Source: Vicugna vicugna (taxonomy: Eukaryota). From it: a stretch of 64,000 bases of DNA. Location of the stretch: assembly GCA_013265495.1 (NCBI GenBank), contig MU058844.1, positions 6,943,260 to 7,007,259 of the forward strand. Reading direction: 5' to 3'. The notes below the pieces were generated by a model that did not search any database, had not been told where the DNA came from, and was given only the letters and a program-made list of their open reading frames with translations. Below are positions 54,437 through 64,000 of the stretch, piece by piece; the first letter of the stretch is position 1, and each line of letters opens with the position of its first letter. The translations under genes and the position numbers were made by a program.

Positions 54437-54974
54437 TGTTGCAGGAAAATGGAGGGTGAGAAGATGGTCATGTCCCAGGTCCCAGGTAAGTCCCTAGGAT
54501 GCACACAGCTAAGTGAGGGTCCTGGGCTTTGCACAGGAAAGAATTCAAGAGCAAGCCATAATAAAGTGAAAGCAAGTTTATTCAGAGAGATACACACTCC
54601 ATAGGCAGAGTGCTGCCATCTCCAAAAGCAAAAAAGATGCCTCAGGGTGTGGGGTTGTTAGTTTTTATGGGCTCAGTAACTTCATATGCTAACAAGTCGT
54701 AGGATTATTCCAACTACTTTGGAGACGGGGCAGGGATGCCCAGGAATTGGGCCACTGCCTACTTTTTGGACTTTTATGGCCAACCTCTGAACTGTCATGG
54801 TGTTTGTGGGTGGTCAGTTAGCATGCTAATACATTATGATGAATGTGTAGTGAGGCTCAAGGTCTACTGGGAGTCAAATCTTCTGTTGTCTTGGTTCTAA
54901 CCAGTTTATGTTCTAGCCTCAATTGCTGTGCCATTCTTTAATGGTTGTGCCCTGTCCCCTTCCCTCCTGTCTCT
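54437..54974 (-). mobile_element. MER41-like ERV1 solo LTR
   Basis: Reverse complement of the same family, with a perfect CTTA TSD (54433-54436 and 54975-54978). Confidence 0.88.
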
Positions 54975-56129
54975 CTTATAAACTCAAACTTCTAAGTGAA
55001 ATGTAATCCTAAATTCAACGTCTCCACTGTCTCACTGCATGTTCATTCCATCTGCTCTCAAACCGCTACTCACTGACTCTGTCCTCCCTGAGGTTGGTTG
55101 TTGATAAATCCAGGAGCACTCTTCAGTACATACATACTTGACTTTCATTTGGCTCCTCCTCAGCAGTAAGCATTCATTTGCTTTTCAAAATATGCTGTTT
55201 CCTTGCTGGTTTTACCTTTTCTTTCTACAGCAATATACTGCATTGGTCAGGATGGCATGCTTTTTCCTGCTCTGGTAGCTAGGTACATGACTTTTTCATA
55301 AAGGGTATAGAAGTATTATACTAACATAATTTTTATAAATAAGTTACCTGGCTTGTTAGACAGTATATATGAACTATACCTCAAGCAAGTAAAATTCACA
55401 CTTATTGACAAATTACATTGTGTACCTGCTCTGTGGTGGAGACTGGCAGGAAAGCTGAAGTATGATACTCAGGTTCAACTCAGAGATAAAGATATTAAAT
55501 CAACTACTGAAGAAAAAAATGTTTAGGCAGTACATAGTTGCAGGGGATATCTGTGATTGTGCCCATGTGGAAGAAAGTCTAGACTTCATATTTCTGACAA
55601 GTAACTTGAGAAAAAAATATACAATCATGTGAGGTGGATAGTTGCATCACTAAATTTATGCTCAGCAAGCCCCAGCATAGTTGGTTGTTTAAGCAGATGT
55701 AATGCAATGATGGCAGAAGCCCTAAATTACTAGAGAGACATTCTGAAGACTTATTGTCACTGCTTTATTTTAAAAGTTCTAGAGAGCTCTCCTTCCTGAC
55801 GTGGAATAGGGATGTTCATGTCCTTAATTTCTCTAAGTCACAGCCAAACCCAATGTATAGGAGAGCAAACAGGCTTTTTCATTTGTCAAGGCATAGGTAA
55901 TCTTTACTCCTAGAGGAGTAAGCAGCTTTTTCTGCATGGAAAGAATGGTTTTAACATTTGAATGCTTTCCTTGGGAATGAGGGGTTAAAAAACAAAGTGA
56001 CTGCATGCAGAGGGGTGATCTCTAGGATTGTAAAGGGCCAAAGTAGACACATGAATCTGCTATGGAGTGGTACTACTGGGGTGGGGTGAAATTGAGGAGT
56101 CTCAGAGGCTAATGGTAGTATGGATAACT

Positions 56130-56375
56130 ACCTTAAATGTGAATGGTATAAAAACACCAATGAAAGAGACTAGCAAAGTGGGTAAAACAGCAAGGCCTAT
56201 AAATATGTTGTTTATAAGAAGCCTACTTTAAATATAAAGATACAGACAGATTATAAGCAAAGAGAAGGAAAAATAAATACCATGCTAACAGTAACCAGAA
56301 AAAAAAAAGCTAGTATAGCTATATTAACATCAGACAAAGCTAACAGAACAAGACAATTTATCAGGGCTAAAGAGT
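56130..56375 (+). mobile_element. L1 ORF2 endonuclease N-terminal remnant
   Basis: TTAAATGTGAATGGT (LNVNG), TACCATGCTAAC (YHAN) and GCTATATTAACATCAGACAAA (AILTSDK). Confidence 0.75.
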
Positions 56376-56389
56376 GTAATTTTTCATCT

Positions 56390-56960
56390 CTATCCCAAAT
56401 CAGCATCAACAGTCATAAATAACTTTGCTAGTACATGCCCTTGATATGACACTTGATATGATGAAAATGTCACTGTAACTCTATGATTCTCCTTCCAAAA
56501 ATGCATAACTTCAGTCTAATTGTGATATAAACACTGGACAAATTTCAACAGAGGGGCTCTATCATACACATGACCAATGCTCCCCAAAACTTTCAAGATC
56601 ATCAAAAATAAGGAAAGATTGAGAACTTATCACAGTAAGGAGAAGCCTAAAAAGATATGACTATTACATATAATATGGTATCCTGGTTGGGATCCTAGGA
56701 CAGAAAAAGGAAATTTGGTAAAGCTAAGGCAATTTGAGTAAAATATGGACTTTAGCTTAATAATAATGGATCAAAGTTGGTTCATTAATGTAACAAATGT
56801 ACCATACTAATGTAAGATATTGATACCAGAGAAAACTGGGTGCAGGAGGTACATGGAAAACTCTCCACAGTATCTTAATTAGTTTCACTTAATTTTTCTT
56901 ACTTAAGTATCTTACTTAATTTTTCTGTAAATCTAAAACTACTCTAAAGTAAAAAAAAAG
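56390..56960 (+). mobile_element. L1MC/L1MD 3' end
   Basis: GGTATCCTGGTTGGGATCCTAGGACAGAAAAAGG...GTAACAAATGTACCATACTAATGTAAGAT...CTGTAAATCTAAAACT plus A-tail. Confidence 0.85.
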
Positions 56961-59242
56961 CCTGTTAATATAACTATTTAAAGTCAATAAGAAAACAGTA
57001 TGTCCTTGAAGTGTGTTCATTTAGTTACTATGCTAAAAGGAGATCATTTACAGATTGTTCATGATTCAGTTATCAGGAATATCTGAGAACAAATTCAAGA
57101 TTCTTATTACAATTGTGACCAGATCTTTTAAACACAGCAGGGAATAAAAGAAAGCTGGCTCCCTTCTGAATATGCAGAATTTGAAGACAATCTAAGGAAG
57201 ACATTTTTAAGGGCAAAGAAGATAAAATACTTAAATTGTTGTCAAGAGAAGCTGTGGAATATCCTCTTTTGCAAGTGTTTATAAACGGAATTATTTTAGA
57301 TGTAATCTAATCAGAAGACAGATTGATGGATGAGATGACTTCTTAGATTTGCCTCTTCTAATAAATTTAATATTACAGTAGCAAGTTGCCATCCTAAAGA
57401 AAATAATTCAACATTGGAAAATGATGAATAGTAGGAAGGGGTGACATAGATGAAATTGAGGCATACACTGTACTTGTAACTAATAACATGATGAAAAGCC
57501 TGCATTTTGGTACTGGACAGATATTTGTGTCTGTTCATTCAATGATTCATTTGCTGCTCAACAAATATTAAGTGGCTATAATTAATATACTTTGATAGTT
57601 GATAGATGCTAGTTAAATTTTTAATAAAATGCTTTTTCATGAAGGAAAATGCTTAGAATTAAGCAAACAAAATGAAAAATTAGGATTTCTTAATTTTCTT
57701 TTACCAAAAAAAAAAGCATCTCCAGAATTATAGTTTATTTTAAAAAAATGTGTCTTTGTTAATTAAAATGTAAGAACAAAGCAAAGACAAATCTGTATTG
57801 TGAATACTTTACTCATGAATTGCTACTCTTCCAATTTTAACTGATTTCTGTAACATGGCTTACCAACCCTGTGTTTTTTATTTTAGTTTTTTTTTCTTTT
57901 TCTTAATCATTTTTCCTCTTAGCATCTTCACAAATTTTATAAAGTGTAACCCCTTTCCTCAAGACTACCACTCAAGACCAAGCTTTTTACTTTTAACAGA
58001 TGACTAAGATTTCCATTGAAATCTTAGGACCACCTTAACTTGTGAGTAACATCCCTTAGTCTTACATAGTTATCTGGAACTTGACGAAAAATACTTTTTA
58101 TTCTACAGCTTCAAAGGCTGAAATCTCTTTCCGTTTAGTCAATAAGGAACAAAAGGTGCTTGCTCTGTGCCAAGCATTGTGAGGAGCACTATTTAAATCT
58201 TGATTACCTTCTTCCCCTAGGCTTCTTCAGAATTAATTATTCCTCTCTTTTTTTGGCTAGTTTGTTCATATCAACCTATAAGATAGTTTATTTATTGTAT
58301 GTGATTTAAAATAACAAAAATGTGAACTTTGTATGTGTTATCCTAAGCTACTGGACTATTTTGTTCTTTAACATTCAATTTTCATAAGGTCAAAATCACT
58401 GTCAACTCATTTCCTAATACTTCTCAAAGTAAAGCAATCTCTAGTACAACACATACACACACACACAGAGGAAACAGCTGTTATGAACACCAAAAACCAT
58501 CTTATTGTGAAAATGAATAAGCATATTTTTATCATACTTTCTTATAGCAGTGGACTGAGCATAATCAATCATCAATAATGATAATTACCTATGAAATATT
58601 TCTATTTTCCCTTGATAATTGACTCCTGCTTCCATTCCTATATTTAATATCATTCTATATACTAAGTTGAGATATTCAGATATTGATATACTTTCGTATT
58701 TGTTCACCATGCCTTTCATGTTGTCCCCTATTTATTCTTTACCTAACTTCTAGTAAATTCCACCTAAAAGCAAATTGGCCTGTCCCAAATTTTTATAAAA
58801 CATTTTAATGATTAAACTTTGCTTTCAGAAAAATGTATATGATTTTTATGACATAATTTAAAATTTTCAAGGTCTAATCTCTACTTACTTCTTCATCCTC
58901 ATATTCTGAAACAACTTTCTAAAAATAAATTATGCCATTATCTTTTTTTATGTAAGCACATTTTTGTTTGGATTTTTTTTTCTGCTTTATTATCTGGTGC
59001 ATTTGGCTTATATGTAAATTTATAATTCAGCTTGTAAGGCTCAATTCGGGCATCATACCCTATAAGAAATAGTTTCTGAACTTATGGTTCTAGATGATGA
59101 GTCTTCTGAGTTCTAGACAAGTGTACATATCTGTTTCTTCTCACTTATGTCATTTAGGTATGCTCCTTCTCTGGTAAAAAATAATTTCCTTGAGGTCTAA
59201 ACTTTCCTTGCACAGCACAGTAAAGTTATACCAGTTTTTTGG

Positions 59243-59375
59243 AGTCAGCCCTCCAAAACCACAGTTCTGCATCCTCAGATTTAACCAACGATGGATCTGT
59301 GTAGCACTTATTGAAAAAAAATCTGCATATAAGTGGACCAGCGCATTTTAAACCATCTTGTTCAAGTGTCAGATG
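59243..59375 (-). mobile_element. Tigger2-derived MITE
   Basis: AGTCAGCCCTCC...GAAAAAAAATCTGCATATAAGTGGACC...TTGTTCAAGTGTCAGATG followed by TA. Confidence 0.7.
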
Positions 59376-59377
59376 TA

Positions 59378-59860
59378 CTACCATACCATTAAATACTACT
59401 CAGTAATAAAAAGGAGTGAACTAGTGGTAAACACAATAACTTGGATGGGTCTCCGGGACATTATGCTGAGTGAAAAAAAAAAAAAACCTAAAATATTGTG
59501 TACTATCTGGTTCAATGCACATAACATTCTTAAAAAGGTAAAATTCTAGAAATGGAAAACCCAATTTTAGTGATTACCACGGGTTAGAGATGGTGGGGGA
59601 AGGGCGATGGGCGTGACTGCAACGGGCAGCATGAGGAAGATCTCTGTGGTGATGAGACAGTTCTCTATCCTGACTGAATTGATGATGACGCAGATTTACA
59701 CACGCGCCAAATGGCATGGAACTAGGCACACTCTGTACCAATGCTAAATTCCTGGTTTTGATTATTTGGTACTAGAATTCTATTAAGAGGTAATCATTAG
59801 GGTGAACTGGATGAAGGGAACCTGGATTCTGTCTTAAATTTTTAAGTTACTTCCAAATTA
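59378..59860 (+). mobile_element. L1MC-type ORF2 end and 3' UTR
   Basis: AATACTACTCAGTAATAAAAAGGAGTGAAC...CTCTGTGGTGATGAGACAGTTCTCTATC. Confidence 0.8.
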
Positions 59861-60010
59861 TGTGTAGCCTAAGCACCTGACAGCTGGTGTCTCTGAATAT
59901 AACGCAGGTGCCGAACATTAAGCTTTCCAAAGACAACTACCTCAAAACAGCACGTCATCAGCTACGCGACTGGAGAAAGAACCAGGCCGCCCCAGCCCCG
60001 AAGTAGTTAC

Positions 60011-60075
60011 CTTCCTTTTAGAGGTCGCTGGTTGGCTTCGAGGACTGACCATCTGGCCGCTCCATTTTCCCGTCC
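60011..60075 (-). other. Candidate first exon of a minus-strand transcript
   Basis: Donor AAG|GTAACT at 60011/60010, and YY1-like AAAATGGAG on the minus strand (60060-60068). TSS position is a guess. Confidence 0.45.
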
Positions 60076-60149
60076 CGCGCTTTATTTCCCGCGCTTTGAC
60101 GTCATCAATAGAGTGAGCGCGGGAAACCCCCGCCCCTCCCCCCACGGAC

Positions 60150-60245
60150 CCTGACTGGAACCGACCCGCCGGCCCTGCAAGTGCGCGCGCTCTCTCTACC
60201 TGTGACTGGGCGGAGCGGCCCCTGGAGCAGAATCCTCCAGAACAT
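60150..60245 (+). other. Candidate first exon of a plus-strand transcript
   Basis: Donor CAT|GTGAGT at 60245/60246, downstream of the GC box. TSS position is a guess. Confidence 0.5.
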
Positions 60246-60504
60246 GTGAGTAATCCAGCTTGGTTCTTTTCAAAGATCCCCGACAGTTGTTGCCGAAGGG
60301 CGTCTTGAAATCCTAAACCGAACCACCAAGGTCTGCCCGGCCCCAACCCTGGCTCTGAGGAGAGCCGGCTGTGGGGGCCGCCCGCTCGCGCAGCCCGCAG
60401 GGGAGCGCCCCCAGGCATTTCTAGCCCATTGCCGTGCTATTGATGAGCTGAGCCCCGCTGAAAACACTGTTGACTGTTTCAAAGTGAAACGCTACAACAT
60501 ACAT

Positions 60505-60870
60505 ACAGATTAAGAATTCTAAGTAAGTCTGAAAAAGACAAGGACTGTGTGATCTCACTTACACGGGGAACCCCCCCCCCAAAAAAAACGAACTCATAGA
60601 AACAGAAGATTGGCAGTTGCCAGGGGAGGGGAAGGGAGTGGGAGGGAAATGGGTGAAGCCGGTCGAAGGATGCAAACTCCAGTTATAAGCTAAATAGGTC
60701 CTGAGGATTTAGTGTGCAGCACGGTGACTGTAGTTAACACTGTAAAGTATACTTGAAAGTTGATGAGAGAGTAAATCCTAAAAGTTCTCACGAATATTGG
60801 TAGTATATGCATATACCAAATCATCAAGGTGCACACTTTAAATTGGCAATGTTTTATGTCAGTGATACTG
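60505..60870 (+). mobile_element. L1MA9-like 3' UTR
   Basis: GAAAAAGACAAGGACTGTGTGATCTCACTTA...CAAACTCCAGTTATAAG...CACGGTGACTGTAGTTAA. Confidence 0.8.
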
Positions 60871-63094
60871 TAGTAACGCTGGAGAAGAAACTTGCTGAAC
60901 ATGTGAATAAATGAGGCTTTAATGAGGTGAAAGAAGTACATTGAAAGGCTTCAAGGCCGTTTACCTTCCTTGTTAGAAAGATATGCAAATCTTCATGCAG
61001 AATTTGCTGGAAATGAGTTTATATATGCATAGAGACTCAAGTATGAGGTGGGGAAATGAAAGGCCAAGCTAGATATTAATATGTGCCACAACTGCCAGCT
61101 GCTGTTGAGTGTAGCCTTCCAGTAAGGAATGGGCCAACTCGGCAGAAACCTGGCACCAATCTACAAAGGAGGATAAGCCATCACTGGAATACATTTAAAA
61201 TATGAAGCCAGTTAATAGAGTTTCTCATAGAACATATTAACATAACTGGCAAAAAGTTAGTTCTTTCTGCTCCAATTAAAATAGCAGTTTAAAACGTGGT
61301 GAGGACCAAATATATCTCTTAAGTGTTTTAGAGATCGGTGTTTTCATCTTCCATGTTATAACTAAGAGTCACATCACTAACTCAGAAACAAGCTTGACTG
61401 TAGTATTATCTTGGCAGTTACAGCCAGCTGAAATTCTGAAATTGAATTTAAAATGCATGGCATAATATTATTTGTGGGGAATGGGTAACTTATTTTATAA
61501 AATCTAAATTTTTTACATATTAATATACCTTTCAAAATATTGCCAAATTCAAAAAGCTAAAATTGAAAGAGGGAACTTCCCAAGAGTACCAAATATTGTG
61601 TCAAACTGAGAATCTGAAAAATATGTCTTAAAAATATTTAATCCCAATGTATACCAGAGCCCAAGTAGTTGTGCCTCTAAATGGTTCTCTATCATTTTTC
61701 TGTAAACAAAAAAAAGCAGTTGAATACTACTTGAAAATGTTACATTTTAACCTGTTTCTCTCACAAGGCATCAAGAGGAAATAACTTAATTCATAAATAA
61801 TAGTATTTAAAATTTTTCCAAAGGATATTCTTAATTGTTAATGAGTGTTAGGAACTTTTCTGTCCATTCTTTCATACTTTTAGCAAATTCTCCTTGTTTC
61901 CATATATATGCATGTATATGTATACATATACATATGGATTTTAAGTTTTTGTTTTTATATAAATATAATCATACTATGTGAGCAAATCTAAAACTTGCTC
62001 AACAACATATCAACAGCAGCTTAATATATAATGATATGCCTACAAGTTTGATACAAATCTAATTTTACCCTTACTTCTACCTACTTTGTATGCATATATT
62101 TGCAAATTTTATATATATATTATATATGTATATGTTTTTTATATATATATGATACACACACAAATAATCATATACATAATTATCCTCTTAGCTCTTGAAA
62201 AGCTATTACTTTTTAGACAGCAAATCCTGTTTTTTCCTCTTATTCTCTTGAAAGCATCCTCACCAATTATTTTGTCACAGGAATTTCATATCAGAGACTA
62301 TCAAGTGGAACATGTTTTCTTTCATGTGCCTTAAACAGGGGATGGGGATAAAGAGGCACAGCATCTTCTTAAACACTTGAGCCTCAGTGTAGTAGGCTAT
62401 TTGACTCTCTGAAACACCCTCATATTTAATCTTTATGTTGCCATAAAGCCGGTTTTCTGTGCTATAACTATCCTTAAGTGCAGTTAAAGTGCGAGATAAC
62501 AATGGACTCACAAAAGATTCAAAATTGGTGAAAAAATTTGTATGATATTGGTGCTTAATAAGTATTCCTGTTATTAAATAAACACATAAGAGAGAAAATA
62601 TTGGCATAGGCTGAACTTAAACAAATAAATCCATCTAAATAAAACCCAGGATCTAGGGTAGGATTAGATTAAGAGAAGGGCTAATATGTGAATATGTTTG
62701 TGGAAGGAAGAATTAGGAAATTAAAATTCTGTGTTTCTTGGAGTTGTTTCTGTTGTTGTTGTTTTTGTTTTTTAAGATGAAGGAGGGTATAGATCAGCTT
62801 CTGGAGAAAATAATTGTTTTCTTGTTTCTCTACAAATTAGAGACACAGGTGCCTAAGTGTGAGCAACAGAAAGAGGATGATACCATTAACAGAATGGAAA
62901 GACAGAGCTGAATGCTAAACTCCCAGAGGTATAGAATAGGAAACACATACCACTTTATCACTACAAAACTTCCTGGAATCTTAGGTACGGAGAGGCTTCT
63001 TAGGAGAAAGTCAGGATGATTGCTCAATTTTAGCAAAATTAGTCTACTTGTGGAAGTATAGCAAACCAAAGTAAATACAAACATCCAATCAAGT

Positions 63095-63207
63095 ATAAGC
63101 CACGTGAAGGCAGAGATTGTGTGTGTGTGTGTTCATTTAGGAATCCCAGTGCCTAGAATATGTGGTGCCTAGTAGGTACCCAAATATACTTATTTGATCA
63201 ATTAAAT
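63095..63207 (+). mobile_element. L2 3' end
   Basis: GAAGGCAGAGATTG...CCCAGTGCCTAGAA...TAGTAGGTACCCAAATA. Confidence 0.7.
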
Positions 63208-64000
63208 GTTTTTATTCTTTTTAAATTTAATTTATTGTGTGTCTTAATATGTGTGTTGTTCTTCTCTCAGAGCTGAACCCCCGTAGCTTTGTTCTTTAAA
63301 GTATCTTAAGTGCAACTTTCAGAAGTTTTTATTTTGTTGCTTAGAATAAATACATTTCCCAGGTTCCTGGCAACTGTAAGTGACTATGTGACTAAATTTC
63401 TACCAGTAAGATGTAAGTGGATATGTATCAGCCTAAGAAATCCTTTTTACAGAGTTGCGATTACTGGCCCAGTACTAGTGATATCTGTATTTCCTGTCCC
63501 CTATGGAGAAAGTCTGTCTTGTTGAGATATTTTTGAAATTTAAATTTCTGAGACTTTCAGATGAATCTACTGAATCTAATCCTAACAAATGCACCACTGC
63601 TTTTCTGTCTTAGTAAGTGTGCATGATAAATGCTACCCAAGTATGAGTAACAGACACAAGAAAATTGAGATAATTCCAAAACAGTCTAAATACTACGTCA
63701 TATTCGTTTTTCATGATATAGCATGTCTTTCAAATGTCAATATGTTTACCATTTATGTTAATAGGTAAATATTTTGTTTCAATTCCTGCTCAATACTTGT
63801 GAATCAAGAGTACAAGCATATGGGTTAGAAGTCTACCAAGAATAGCCTTGTAATGTGCTCATATGTTTTAGTTTGACAAGTGCATTCTTATTCTGAGGTG
63901 ATGAGGTATTTGGCAATAAACTATCTCTATGATACAACTATAAAGTAACTGCATTTTAAGGAGGGACATGAGACACACCAGGATATGCTGCTTCTGCTTA

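Larger units (their letters stand above)
59890..60460. promoter_or_regulatory. CpG-island promoter, probably bidirectional
   Basis: The only GC/CpG-rich non-repeat block in the window. E2F sites TTTCCCGC (60085-60092) and GCGGGAAA (60119-60126), CRE TGACGTCA (60097-60104), GC box CCCCGCCCC (60128-60136), second CRE-like CACGTCA (59951-59957). No TATA box seen. Confidence 0.88.

Noticed and set aside
59942..60482. 158-aa and 70-aa minus-strand ORFs over the CpG island
   Set aside because: GC-rich DNA lacks stop codons, the ORFs run across the promoter core, and there is no recognisable protein.
62781..62797. GGAGGGTATAGATCAG resembling a tRNA-derived SINE head
   Set aside because: The match is too short and nothing continues downstream.
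62275..63290. Possible second exons of the plus-strand transcript (acceptors at 62280, 62840, 63270) and a 110-aa minus ORF
   Set aside because: No convincing acceptor-donor pair or recognisable peptide; they cannot be distinguished from background.
1..64000. CRISPR arrays, operons, rRNA/tRNA genes or a novel multi-gene system
   Set aside because: This is mammalian repeat-rich DNA with no regularly spaced repeats beyond short microsatellites, no intact long ORFs and no structural RNA gene that I could recognise.

Overview
This is AT-rich eutherian genomic DNA, not prokaryotic. The young L1 3' ends resemble cetartiodactyl L1s, and I saw no Alu, B1/B2, Bov-tA/Bov-A2 or PRE SINEs, so a camelid is a reasonable guess, unconfirmed. 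The window is largely a mosaic of decayed interspersed repeats: L1s of several ages, L2, MIR, MaLR/ERVL/ERV1 LTRs, and hAT and Tigger DNA transposons. The one clearly functional host element is a CpG-island promoter at about 59.9-60.45 kb. It has a symmetric E2F-CRE-E2F core and outward-facing splice donors on both strands, so it is probably bidirectional, and the first 60 kb may be intronic to a minus-strand gene. I could not identify any host protein-coding exon or gene; the supplied ORFs are repeat-derived or chance. I found no evidence of a new biological system. The most interesting observations are the promoter architecture, a nested ERV structure with a decayed env-TM remnant, three MER41-like solo LTRs with TSDs, a twin-primed L1 and a head-to-head Tigger1 pair. 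Repeat family names come from remembered consensus sequences and need RepeatMasker/Dfam confirmation. Boundaries of old repeats are approximate.
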